Positions 20,387 to 29,938 of a stretch of 64,000 nucleotides of DNA are shown here, one piece after another. How positions within the stretch are numbered: the first letter of the stretch is position 1; every line of letters starts with the position of its first letter. The stretch is from Candidatus Omnitrophota bacterium (lineage in GTDB: Bacteria > Omnitrophota > Gorgyraeia > Gygaellales > Profunditerraquicolaceae): contig JAQUQW010000001.1 in assembly GCA_028716245.1 (NCBI GenBank), positions 485,925 to 549,924 on the forward strand. Direction: 5' to 3'. Both the position numbers and the translations under genes were made by a program. The notes under the pieces were generated by a model. The model was given only the letters and a program-made list of their open reading frames with translations. It searched no databases and had not been told where the DNA came from.

Positions 20387-22102
20387 TTATTCATCCGGCG
20401 CTGTTACCCGCAAAACTTCTTCAATGGTAGTTTCTCCCTTTAAGGCAGCCGCAAGCCCGTCTTCCCGCAAGGTCTTCATCCCTTCAAGGCGCGCCTGCTG
20501 CTTAATAAACTGCTCCTGCGAACCGCTAAGGATTAGCTCCCGGATCTTCGGGCTAAGCTGCAGGACTTCGGCAATTACGGTCCTTCCTGAATATCCGGTA
20601 TTAAAACAACGCTCGCAGCCCTTGCCTTTATAAAACTGTAATTTACCCATCTTTGCCGTATCCAACTTTAAACTAGCGGCAACCTCATTTTTAAGAACAT
20701 GCATTTCCTTGCAATATGAACATACTTTACGTACCAGCCGTTGCGCCATGACGCAAACCAAAGAAGAATTAATTAAATACGGCTCTACGCCCATATTTAC
20801 TAAACGCACTACCGCACCGGCGGCTGTAGTGGTATGCAAGGTAGAAAGGACAAGGTGGCCGGTAAGGGCGCTTTTAATCGCGATATCAACAGTTTCATAA
20901 TCACGGATTTCACCGATCATAATTATATTCGGGTCCTGACGCAGGATAGAACGCAGAGCCGCAGCAAAACTAAGGCCGATTTCCGGCCGGGCAGTTACCT
21001 GATTTATGCCGTCCAGCTGAAACTCCACTGGATCTTCCACGGTAACAATATTTTTATCCGGGCTATCCACTGATTTTAATATCGCGTAAAGCGTAGTGGT
21101 TTTACCGCTTCCTGTCGGGCCGCAGACCAGGATCATGCCATGCGGAAGCAAGGACATCTTTCTTAGGACTTCCAGGGCATAATCGCTAAAACCTAATTTT
21201 TTCATATCCAGATTGGCCTGTGACTTATCCAATATGCGCAAAGCGACCTTCTCGCCATAAGTAGACGGTAAAATAGAAACGCGAAAATCGATGTGCCGGT
21301 TAAGTATCCTTATTTTAAAACGCCCATCCTGAGGAACACGGTGTTCGGCAATATCCAGCTCCGACATAACCTTGACCCGCGATACTATGGAAGCATGCAT
21401 AGTTTTTGGCGGGGTCTTCTGCTCCTGCAGGATACCGTCAATACGGAAACGTATGCGTAATTTTTTATCAAATGGTTCAATCAAAATATCGGAAGCTTTC
21501 TTTTTTATCGACTCCTCTAAAATCATATTTACGACTTTGATCACCGGGGCTTCACGGCTAATGCGGCTTAGCTCCTGATCGCTCGGAGATACTTCCTTCT
21601 CCTCTTTTACCAGCTCAATGGAAGAATCAGTCATTTCTTTAACCAAATCGTCAATGATTCCCTTGCTGGTATCAGGATAAGACAACTCAATTGCCTGGTT
21701 TATATCCTGGACCGAAGAAATTATGGGATTTATTTTAAAACCGGTGAGCGACTGGACATGATCGATGGCAAATATGTTTAACGGGTCAGCCATAGCCAAA
21801 GTGATAGTATCCCCCATTTTGGATATAGGGATAATCTGGTAATGGCGGGCAATATCAACGGAGATTATTTTTACGATTTCAAGATCGATTTTAAAACGTT
21901 TCAGATCGATCAGAGGCAGGCCCAAGCCTTCGCTTAGGATGGTAATCAACTCGCTTTCCTTGACAAACTTAAGCTCGACGATAATATCGCTAAGTTTGCC
22001 GCCTTTAGTGGTTTGTACCTTAAGCGCCTGCTCAAGTTGATTAGTAGTAATGAGTTTGTTGTTAATTAATATTTCGGTGAGCCGATCTTTGAGAGAAAGC
22101 AT
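20387..22102 (-). CDS. Second PilB/GspE-family secretion ATPase paralog
   Basis: Walker A GPTGSGKTTT, a C4 motif (CSYCKEM...CERCFNTG) and an N-terminal T2SSE_N domain. 571 aa. Translationally coupled to its neighbours. Confidence 0.9.
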   Translation of the reverse strand: MLSLKDRLTEILINNKLITTNQLEQALKVQTTKGGKLSDIIVELKFVKESELITILSEGLGLPLIDLKRFKIDLEIVKIISVDIARHYQIIPISKMGDTITLAMADPLNIFAIDHVQSLTGFKINPIISSVQDINQAIELSYPDTSKGIIDDLVKEMTDSSIELVKEEKEVSPSDQELSRISREAPVIKVVNMILEESIKKKASDILIEPFDKKLRIRFRIDGILQEQKTPPKTMHASIVSRVKVMSELDIAEHRVPQDGRFKIRILNRHIDFRVSILPSTYGEKVALRILDKSQANLDMKKLGFSDYALEVLRKMSLLPHGMILVCGPTGSGKTTTLYAILKSVDSPDKNIVTVEDPVEFQLDGINQVTARPEIGLSFAAALRSILRQDPNIIMIGEIRDYETVDIAIKSALTGHLVLSTLHTTTAAGAVVRLVNMGVEPYLINSSLVCVMAQRLVRKVCSYCKEMHVLKNEVAASLKLDTAKMGKLQFYKGKGCERCFNTGYSGRTVIAEVLQLSPKIRELILSGSQEQFIKQQARLEGMKTLREDGLAAALKGETTIEEVLRVTAPDE

Positions 22103-22572
22103 TATTCTTTATCTTTGCTGTAATATTTCTCAATCGCTCTTTTAATATCCGAAGAGGTGGAAACAAAAGTCTGCACACTGCATCCGCTAAGCAATTCCAC
22201 GTCCTCAATCGCCTGAACATTCAAAGGATTAGACATGGCCAAAGTAAGATTATTGCCGATTTTATCTATCGGCACAAGCAGATACTGCCGGGCAACCCTG
22301 CCGGGGATAATGCTGGTAATATCTGCATTCACATCGTAGCTGCCCAAAGGTAAATAAGGAAAACCGTATTGGGCGGTCAATGACTGGGCAATATCATCTT
22401 CCTTGACAAATCCCAGTTCAACCAGGATCTCTCCGATTAAACCGCCTTTATCCCTTTGGACGCCCAAAGCCTGATCAAGTTGGGATTGATTAATAATCCC
22501 GCGGTCAAGCAGCAGTTCGCCTAATTGTTTATTATTGATCCTTCTGATCACTTTCAAACACTCCTTGTCCAC
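22102..22572 (-). CDS. Standalone MshEN / T2SSE_N-domain protein (candidate c-di-GMP receptor)
   Basis: 156 aa. Two tandem copies of the MshEN-type motif: LGELLLDRGIINQSQLDQALGVQ and LIGEILVELGFVKEDDIAQSLTAQ. No ATPase domain. Confidence 0.65.
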   Translation of the reverse strand: MDKECLKVIRRINNKQLGELLLDRGIINQSQLDQALGVQRDKGGLIGEILVELGFVKEDDIAQSLTAQYGFPYLPLGSYDVNADITSIIPGRVARQYLLVPIDKIGNNLTLAMSNPLNVQAIEDVELLSGCSVQTFVSTSSDIKRAIEKYYSKDKE

Positions 22573-22581
22573 AAGGACACA

Positions 22582-24003
22582 TTAAAAAGCTACCACCCTG
22601 TTTCTGCCTTCGATTTTAGCTTTCTTTAACAGTTCTTTTGCTTTATCAATTAATTGCTCAGCTTCAACCCCATCAAGAGGATTCTCCGCAACTCCGGCGC
22701 TCAAAGTAATACTTTTACTGCTATCCTGATCGGAAGGCAAAGCCAGCTGGATTTTTTTACGTATCTCTTCGGCAACCTCTTTACCTTGACGCTTATTCTT
22801 CTCGGGGAGAATTAACGAAAATTCATCATCATCGGTCCTGCCTACCCGGTCAACCTCGGTAACAGAACCAGCTAACAAGACAGCTATTCTCTTTAGGGTA
22901 ACTTCCGCGCTGATCAACCCGAATTTCTCGCGGTAATTTTTAAAATTATCAATATCAAAAATAACAAATGCGCATGGCCGCTGATAAGTAATTGCCCTTT
23001 TTATTTCCTCCTGGAGGCGGCTGGTAATAAAATTTCGATTATAAAGTCCGGTAAGGGTATCTTTTGTTTCCAGTTTCTCGATGCGGCGTATTAAAATATC
23101 ATTTTCAATAGCAATAGCAATCTGCTTTGAAAATATATCCAGGAGTTCCATGTCATCCTTAGTATACAAAAAATTATCCCGGCTGTTGGCAATCCCCAGC
23201 ACCGCCTTGACCCTTCCTCTTAAAAAAATAGGCATCGACAGGCAATTTTTCACCTGAAATTTAGCAAAAAATTCAGCGGCAAGATTATTCTCTAACAGAT
23301 TTTGCTTATCCAGGATTAAAAGCTTATTTAAATTAAAGGCCTTATTATAGATATCCTCTTTTACCCCGACATCCACCGTCATTAAATAATCCGCTCCTGC
23401 TCCGTCGGCAACCTTGACGCAAAATGATTCTTTATTCTCCTCCTTAAAAAGCAGGAACACGGTTTCGGAATTAGCCAGAAGCCTGGATTTTTCAACCGCG
23501 ATTTTTAAAATATCTTCCAATTTCGCGCCCTGAGAAATAAGCGAGCTGACCTGCAACAAGTTAGAAAGAACGATTATTTTTTGCTGAATCTCCAGGTTAA
23601 TTTCGGTAGTTTTCTCACTATATTGCTTAAGTTCATCCATATCGCCGCGGATACGGTTGGTCAGCTGGTTTAAAACATGGCCCAGTTCCCCCACTTCATC
23701 ATTATGCTCCACTTCCAGTTTGCGGCTAATGTCCCCGGAGACAATAACCTTGGCCTCCTTAGCCATTAAGGCTAAACGGTCAAAAACTTCCTTAATTACC
23801 AAAAGCCCGACTACCGCCACAAACATACTGACAACCAAAGAAGCCACGATATCAATCTTGAGCCCAAATTTAGGCAGGATATAATTTGACACTAAATAAA
23901 CACAAACTAAAAACGGCAGGATAGACATAAGCTGAAAAGCAACAATCAGTTTCTGCTTTATTGTGCGCGAATTTAAAGAAAAGCGGTCAATTTTTTTAGG
24001 CAT
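22582..24003 (-). CDS. Membrane HAMP-GAF-GGDEF-like protein with degenerate active site
   Basis: N-terminal TM segments, HAMP-like linker and a GAF-like region. The GGDEF fold (DTLTGLYNRNF, FVIFDIDNFK) carries RTDDDEF in place of R-x-GG(D/E)EF. Confidence 0.7.
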   Translation of the reverse strand: MPKKIDRFSLNSRTIKQKLIVAFQLMSILPFLVCVYLVSNYILPKFGLKIDIVASLVVSMFVAVVGLLVIKEVFDRLALMAKEAKVIVSGDISRKLEVEHNDEVGELGHVLNQLTNRIRGDMDELKQYSEKTTEINLEIQQKIIVLSNLLQVSSLISQGAKLEDILKIAVEKSRLLANSETVFLLFKEENKESFCVKVADGAGADYLMTVDVGVKEDIYNKAFNLNKLLILDKQNLLENNLAAEFFAKFQVKNCLSMPIFLRGRVKAVLGIANSRDNFLYTKDDMELLDIFSKQIAIAIENDILIRRIEKLETKDTLTGLYNRNFITSRLQEEIKRAITYQRPCAFVIFDIDNFKNYREKFGLISAEVTLKRIAVLLAGSVTEVDRVGRTDDDEFSLILPEKNKRQGKEVAEEIRKKIQLALPSDQDSSKSITLSAGVAENPLDGVEAEQLIDKAKELLKKAKIEGRNRVVAF

Positions 24004-24074
24004 ATTTTTCTCCGCAATTTATTCCATTAGAACGCAGAAATACTTTTGGATATTCAATAATTATATCCCTGAAC

Positions 24075-25844
24075 TCAACATCTGGCAATAGTTTTATTAA
24101 CACAAGATTCGTTAAATTCCGCAAGTAAATCATCCTTATTGATTCCTGTGTCGATAAAATCCCAAGGCAGAACAGAGGTAATTGCTTTTTCGCCAAGGTA
24201 TGCCTGCGGGTCTATCCCTTCTTCAAAAAATGCCTCCTGCCACCTGGCAAACGAAAAATAATTTGACCAGGCATCAAACTTGGCCCCTTTCCTATAGGCG
24301 GCCAAAATAACCCGGCTTAACTTGCGGTCCCCGCGGGAAAGCACCCCTTCTAAAAAACCCATTTGGAAATTATGGAAATTGAGTTTGATCCTTTTGTTTT
24401 TACAACGCGATCTTAGGTAATCTTGTTTTTCTTGTATTGAAATAATGGAATCCATTTTTAACCATTGCAGGGGGGTGTGCGGTTTGGGGATTAACGGATT
24501 AATACTGATATTGATTTGGGCAGGTGAGCCTTTTATCCTCCTTTTCAACTCCGAGGCCTCTTTTGCAAAATCGATTATTCCGTCCAGATCCTCTTTATCC
24601 TCGCCGGGCAAACCGATCAGAAAATATAATTTTAAATGCTGATAGCCGGCTTCATAGGCGGCGGCGATGGCTTTAAAAAAATCTTCTTCGGAAAAATCTT
24701 TAGCCAAGACCTGGCGTAATCTCTGCGTCCCTGCTTCCGGGGCAAAAGTCAGGCCGGTTTTTTTTATTTTAGCAATTAACGCCGATACGTTTCCTAATAA
24801 TGCCTTGGCCTTTAACGAAGGCAGCGACAGGTTAACCGACTCATCCTTGAAGATAGCGGTTAAATCAAAAACCAGTTTCTCTAATCCCGGATAGTCACTT
24901 ACGGATAAACCGGCCAGGGATAATTCTTCATATCCGCTGGAGGCATAGGCAAGACTGGCCAGTGAGATTACCTTTTCTTTACTTCTTATTCTTAGGGGAT
25001 AATACTGGGATCTAGCCTGGCAGAAACGGCAGCGGTTGGGGCAGCCGCGCATAATTTCCAAAGTAATCCGGTCATGGATTGTCTGGACATAAGGCACCAT
25101 CCAATTACAGGGAAAATAAGCTGAATCAAAATCGCTGACTACGCGTTTCTTTATTTTTAAAGGCAGGGCGCTTTCCTTTGGATAAAAAGCAGTAAGCTCA
25201 CCGCCTGCATCATAATCTACAGCGTAGAGAGACGGAGCGTAAACCCCTTCAATTTTAGACAGTTTAATCAAAAGGCCTTCTTTGGTTAACCTGCCGCTTT
25301 TATAATCTTGTTTTAAATTCCGATATAGATCCAGCAGTTCTACAAGTGACTCTTCAGCCTCACCGATAATGAATAAATCAAAAAAATCAGCCATTGGTTC
25401 CGGATTAAGGGTTGTTGGCCCTCCGGCAATAACCAAAGGATGCTGCTGATTACGTAATGCGGATTCTAAAGGCAGTCCTGCCAGATCCAGGATGTTTAAG
25501 ACATTGGTATAGTTTAACTCCGAACCGAGTGAAAATCCCAACACATCAAAACTGGATAACTGCCGGTTTGACTCCCAGGAGAAAAGGCGTTTATTCGCGC
25601 TCCTTAAAGCAGCCTCCATATCGGCCTCAGGGGCAAAAAATCTTTCGCAAACTAAACCGTCAATATTATTTAACAGGCCGTAGATAATACGCAACCCTAA
25701 GTTGCTCATTCCCACTTCGTATAAATCCGGAAAACCCAGCGCGAAAGTCACAGCGGAAGAAGCAAAATCCTTTTTAGAAGAATTCCATTCGTTGCCCATA
25801 TACTGGGCGGGCCGGTGCACATTTAAAAACAAATCTTCGATCAT
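24075..25844 (-). CDS. Radical SAM protein with N-terminal B12-binding-like domain (TIGR03960-like)
   Basis: CPNRCRFC (CxxxCxxC) iron-sulfur motif. N-terminal HRPAQYMGNEWN is typical of the uncharacterised TIGR03960 radical SAM family. Confidence 0.7.
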   Translation of the reverse strand: MIEDLFLNVHRPAQYMGNEWNSSKKDFASSAVTFALGFPDLYEVGMSNLGLRIIYGLLNNIDGLVCERFFAPEADMEAALRSANKRLFSWESNRQLSSFDVLGFSLGSELNYTNVLNILDLAGLPLESALRNQQHPLVIAGGPTTLNPEPMADFFDLFIIGEAEESLVELLDLYRNLKQDYKSGRLTKEGLLIKLSKIEGVYAPSLYAVDYDAGGELTAFYPKESALPLKIKKRVVSDFDSAYFPCNWMVPYVQTIHDRITLEIMRGCPNRCRFCQARSQYYPLRIRSKEKVISLASLAYASSGYEELSLAGLSVSDYPGLEKLVFDLTAIFKDESVNLSLPSLKAKALLGNVSALIAKIKKTGLTFAPEAGTQRLRQVLAKDFSEEDFFKAIAAAYEAGYQHLKLYFLIGLPGEDKEDLDGIIDFAKEASELKRRIKGSPAQINISINPLIPKPHTPLQWLKMDSIISIQEKQDYLRSRCKNKRIKLNFHNFQMGFLEGVLSRGDRKLSRVILAAYRKGAKFDAWSNYFSFARWQEAFFEEGIDPQAYLGEKAITSVLPWDFIDTGINKDDLLAEFNESCVNKTIARC

Positions 25845-25847
25845 GGA

Positions 25848-26948
25848 TTAAAAAACATTGCGGGTTCGGTCGATATTCGCCAAAATTCCCAAAGCAACAA
25901 AAGTAGCCAATACGCTTGAACCGCCGTAGCTCATCAGGGGCAAAGGCAGCCCGACAACGGGCGCCAACCCCATATTCATCGCGATATTGATAAACACCTG
26001 TATTCCCAACAAAAGAGATATCCCATAGGCAAGCAGCCTTCCAAAGGTATCCTGCGTCCTTTGGGCAATTATGAAACCCTGGCGAATAATTAAATAATAT
26101 ATAAAGATAAGCAGGCAGCTGCCCAGAAAACCCCACTGCTCTGAAAAGGTAGCAAAAATAAAATCCGTATGCGATTCCGGCAAAAAATATAATTGGCTTT
26201 GCGAACCGGAAAGCCAGCCGCGGCCAAAGAAACCTCCGGAACCAATGGCAATGCGCGACTGAATCACCGTATATCCGGCGCCCAAAGGATCGATATTAGG
26301 ATTCAAAAAAACCAATAACCTCTGCTTCTGGTAATCGCGTAAAAAATGCCAGAAAAAAGGCAACGGAAAAACCAACGAAACCAGAAGAATAAAAATATAT
26401 CTTAATCGAACATGGGTTAAATACAACAGGCAAACAAAAACCAGCATCAGCATCATCCCACTGCCTAAATCCGGCTGTTCGATAATCAAAAACATGGGGA
26501 CAGCTACGAATATAAAGGGTAAAATTATCCCTTGGAAGATCCCAAACTTCCCGGACAATAAAGACGTGTCATCGGCAGATTTACGGCTAAAGTAACGCGC
26601 CAAAAATATGATAATCGCCAGTTTGGCAAACTCCGAGGGCTGAAAATTAAACCAGGCAAACTTAAGCCAGCGCTGGGCCCCCAACCTTACAATGCCCAGG
26701 ACAAAAACCAAAAACAGAAAAAACAAAGCTATACCGTAAATGAAATAGTTGGCATCCCAGAGTTTTCGGTAATTAAAACCTGAAATGGCAAAAAAACAAA
26801 CCAACCCGATTGCCAGCCAAAGCACCTGGCGCATATATATACCCTGCCAGGCTCCTTCCTTTTGGAAGGTGCTGCTGTAAATAGACAAAACTCCTAGCGT
26901 GGCGATAATCAAGCTAAGGACCAAAATCCTAAAAAAAGAATTCCTCAT
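25848..26948 (-). CDS. rodA: Rod shape-determining protein RodA (SEDS family)
   Basis: Ten-TM FtsW/RodA/SpoVE fold. Immediately downstream of mrdA in an mreBCD-mrdA-rodA arrangement. Confidence 0.85.
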   Translation of the reverse strand: MRNSFFRILVLSLIIATLGVLSIYSSTFQKEGAWQGIYMRQVLWLAIGLVCFFAISGFNYRKLWDANYFIYGIALFFLFLVFVLGIVRLGAQRWLKFAWFNFQPSEFAKLAIIIFLARYFSRKSADDTSLLSGKFGIFQGIILPFIFVAVPMFLIIEQPDLGSGMMLMLVFVCLLYLTHVRLRYIFILLVSLVFPLPFFWHFLRDYQKQRLLVFLNPNIDPLGAGYTVIQSRIAIGSGGFFGRGWLSGSQSQLYFLPESHTDFIFATFSEQWGFLGSCLLIFIYYLIIRQGFIIAQRTQDTFGRLLAYGISLLLGIQVFINIAMNMGLAPVVGLPLPLMSYGGSSVLATFVALGILANIDRTRNVF

Positions 26949-28660
26949 ATTAACCCCTGCTTACTCATCTGCTCAATAATTTGCTTGGTAACAACGCTGG
27001 CGGCATGGCCCGAACCGCCGTTTTCCAAGAAAACGCAAATTACGAATTTAGGCTTATCAAAAGGGAAAAAACCCAAAAACCAACCATGGTTTGTTCCGTG
27101 GGATACCTGGGCAGTGCCGGTTTTTCCGGCAACGGCAACGGGTAAAAATGATAAGGCATTCCCCGTGCCCTTATCATCAGTAACTACTTTCCGCAATCCC
27201 TTAGATAAGACATCAAAAGTAGTTTTCTTAAAATTTACCCGAATAAGTTTTTTCTTTTTCGCGGAGAAATCTAATCCCCCTACTGCTTTGACAATATAAG
27301 GGCTTAATAAATACCCGCCGTTGGCAAAAACAGCCATCATATTGGCTGCCTGCAATGGCGTAACCAGGCAATCCCCCTGGCCAATAGTCAGGTTAGCAGT
27401 GTCCCCGTCAAACCAATTCTGGAATTTATTTATCCTCCTCCAGAGTGGAGATGGGATAAAACCGCTTGTTTCGTAGGGAAGCTCAAAACCTACATTTTTA
27501 CCCAAACCCAACTTTAAAGCATAATCATGGATATTTTGCGCCCCTACCAACAAACCTGTTTTATAAAAAAAGACATCGCAGGAATGAGCGATTGCCTGGA
27601 AAATATCCTCTGGCCCATGCACATCCCAACAGGCAAACCTTCTGGCTCCCACCATGGTTGAGCCCTGGCAAAGAAAACTGGTGGAAAGGTTTATTTTTTT
27701 TAATTCCAGGGCGCCGCAAGCTACAATCAGTTTAAAAACCGAGGCCGGCGGATAGCTGGAGCTGATCGCCCGGTTGATTAACGGAGCATCCGGATTATTA
27801 AATAAACCGGAAATAAGCGTGGTGCGGTTATCGACAAAAACAGTGGGGTCGAAATTTGGATGGCTGGCCAAAGCTAAAATTTCTCCGCTGCGCGGATCCA
27901 TTAAAATTATACTTCCTTTCCTACCGGTTAAATTTTCTTCTACAATTTTCTGGATCTTAAGATCTAGGGTTAATTGGACATCCCTTCCGTTAGACGGAGC
28001 TTCAAAGCCTAAGACGCGCATAAATTTACCCTGATGGTTTACCTCAACGGAAAGCCCACCCTCCTCCTGGCGTAAATAATAATCATATTTTTCTTCAACT
28101 CCGCCAAATCCCACGATATCTTTAGTTTTATAACCATAATCTTCCAGCTTGGTCAGACGCCAGCGGTCGATCTGATTAACATAGCCGATAACATGGGCCG
28201 CTAATGGGCCATATGGATAATGGCGTAAAGGTTCGGGTTGGACCATAACGCCGGGCTCCTCAACTTTATATTCCCCCAGCAATATTGCTTTTTTAAGGTC
28301 GATATTGGTGGCCACAGTAACCGGTACGCTTGAAGAAATAAAATTCCTCTTGAACGCGGCCTTTAATTCTTTAGCCTCCACGCCCAATATCCGGCTTATC
28401 CTATTCATGATTTGATCAATACGCTTAAGGTCCTGCGGTAAAATCATTACGTCATAAGAGATTTTGCTATCCACGATAATCTCGCCGTTACGGTCTAAGA
28501 TATTGCCTCTTGAGCCGGATTGCGGTATCAACCGGATACAATTATTGTCACTCTGCCGGCGGAACTTTGCCCCTTGTAATATATCAAGGTTGAGCAACCC
28601 CATCAACAGGACACAAAACACGAAAATTATTATTAAATTTAAAATGTCTTTTCTTTCCAT
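26945..28660 (-). CDS. mrdA: Penicillin-binding protein 2 (elongasome transpeptidase)
   Basis: N-terminal TM anchor and PBP dimerisation domain. Transpeptidase motifs SVFK, S-x-D/N and KTGTAQ. Confidence 0.9.
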   Translation of the reverse strand: MERKDILNLIIIFVFCVLLMGLLNLDILQGAKFRRQSDNNCIRLIPQSGSRGNILDRNGEIIVDSKISYDVMILPQDLKRIDQIMNRISRILGVEAKELKAAFKRNFISSSVPVTVATNIDLKKAILLGEYKVEEPGVMVQPEPLRHYPYGPLAAHVIGYVNQIDRWRLTKLEDYGYKTKDIVGFGGVEEKYDYYLRQEEGGLSVEVNHQGKFMRVLGFEAPSNGRDVQLTLDLKIQKIVEENLTGRKGSIILMDPRSGEILALASHPNFDPTVFVDNRTTLISGLFNNPDAPLINRAISSSYPPASVFKLIVACGALELKKINLSTSFLCQGSTMVGARRFACWDVHGPEDIFQAIAHSCDVFFYKTGLLVGAQNIHDYALKLGLGKNVGFELPYETSGFIPSPLWRRINKFQNWFDGDTANLTIGQGDCLVTPLQAANMMAVFANGGYLLSPYIVKAVGGLDFSAKKKKLIRVNFKKTTFDVLSKGLRKVVTDDKGTGNALSFLPVAVAGKTGTAQVSHGTNHGWFLGFFPFDKPKFVICVFLENGGSGHAASVVTKQIIEQMSKQGLI

Positions 28661-28677
28661 AACTTTACCTTGATAGG

Positions 28678-29148
28678 TTATACAGTTATTCTTTTAACCA
28701 GCTTAAAAACCAAAGGAGATAATGCTGCCGTATAAACCGAAGGAATGATTAAGTTGCGCAAAAAAATAAACGGCGGTATGATATTGCCGGAATTTATGTT
28801 TTGCAGGCCGATGATGATATTGTTTAATAAGGATACAACCAAGACTATGGCCAGACGCATATAGTCGTCTTCGGTAGATATTTGGCTGGATAGCCTGTAA
28901 ATTAAAAAACTCCACAGGGGAAATAAAATTGTATTTAACGCAAGAGAAGATGGTAAAAAAACATCCTTAAGCAGACCGCAAAAAACAGCAAAGATCAAAG
29001 CGGCCTTAAAATCTAAATAAAAGATTAAAGTTACGGCTAAAACTAAGAGCAGGTCAGGCTTACAATTAAAAAAACTTAAAAAAACCGGCCAAGCTAGTTG
29101 GAAGGTGGCCAAAATAATTGCAATTAATAATAAAGGCCATTTTTTCAT
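28678..29148 (-). CDS. mreD: Rod shape-determining protein MreD
   Basis: Small polytopic membrane protein between mreC and mrdA. The likely start is the internal Met (MKKWPLLL), giving a 4-nt overlap with mreC. The ORF track extends it to 29217. Confidence 0.55.
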   Translation of the reverse strand: MKKWPLLLIAIILATFQLAWPVFLSFFNCKPDLLLVLAVTLIFYLDFKAALIFAVFCGLLKDVFLPSSLALNTILFPLWSFLIYRLSSQISTEDDYMRLAIVLVVSLLNNIIIGLQNINSGNIIPPFIFLRNLIIPSVYTAALSPLVFKLVKRITV

Positions 29149-29918
29149 GGAATAATAACCAATACTTCTTCGATACTGGCAAGATCCACAGACGGCCTGA
29201 CTATGGCATAACGGCAAAGCCCGGAAAAATCGCGGCCGATATTAATCACTTTGCCGATAAGCAGGCCCTTGGGATAGACTTGGCTTAATTCTGAAGTAAC
29301 GATTAAGTCTCCTACGGCAATCTGCGCTTCATCGGGAAGATAGCGCATAATTAAATTACCGCCAAGAGTTCCGCTGATTAAACCTTCCTGCCGGCTGCGT
29401 TGCACAATACTTGAGATACCCTGGCTGGCATCATTAATCAACAATACTTTGCTGTTATTATCCCCGCTCTCCACCACCTTGCCCACCAACCCTCGGGGAT
29501 TAACCACAATCATTCCCGGAATAATCCTGCTATTTTTCCCCTTATCAATAATAATACTGGCAGACCAAACATCCGGAGAACGGCCAATCACCCTGGCGGC
29601 AACCAGGCGCAGAGGAGATTTTTGTTTGAAATTAAGCAGGTCTTTAAGCCGGTTGTTTTCCTGGCTGAGCTCCCGAAAATCAAATAATCTCCAGCGTAAT
29701 AGCCCAACCTGGGTGTTTAATTCTTCGGCTTGGATCATATTACGGTGATAGAAAATAATACCGGCAAATTCACGCTTAAGTAAGCTGATCAGAGAAAGCT
29801 GGGGCCTGAATGTTTTTTGCGTAGAATTTTTTAGACAGGATAGAAAATTAGAAATCAGGAGTATTGCGCAAACAACGGAAATAGAAATAATTAGGTTTTT
29901 ACGGGGCACCTTAAGCAC
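29145..29918 (-). CDS. mreC: Rod shape-determining protein MreC
   Basis: N-terminal anchor, coiled coil, and a C-terminal beta domain with GLVGKVVE. Directly follows mreB. Confidence 0.8.
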   Translation of the reverse strand: MLKVPRKNLIISISVVCAILLISNFLSCLKNSTQKTFRPQLSLISLLKREFAGIIFYHRNMIQAEELNTQVGLLRWRLFDFRELSQENNRLKDLLNFKQKSPLRLVAARVIGRSPDVWSASIIIDKGKNSRIIPGMIVVNPRGLVGKVVESGDNNSKVLLINDASQGISSIVQRSRQEGLISGTLGGNLIMRYLPDEAQIAVGDLIVTSELSQVYPKGLLIGKVINIGRDFSGLCRYAIVRPSVDLASIEEVLVIIP

Positions 29919-29938
29919 ATTGAAAGATCTGGAAAGAT

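Noticed and set aside
25774-26136. Minus-strand ORF overlapping the 3' end of rodA and ORF 23996-24196 overlapping the radical SAM C-terminus.
   Set aside because: They are out of frame with the real genes, and their translations are Cys/Trp-rich nonsense.
28678-29217. MreD starting at the first in-frame Met (29217), giving a 72-nt overlap with mreC.
   Set aside because: The N-terminal 23 aa (MPLCHSQAVCGSCQYRRSIGYYS) are non-membrane nonsense. The internal Met at 29148 gives a 4-nt ATGA overlap typical of coupled genes, so the shorter model is preferred.
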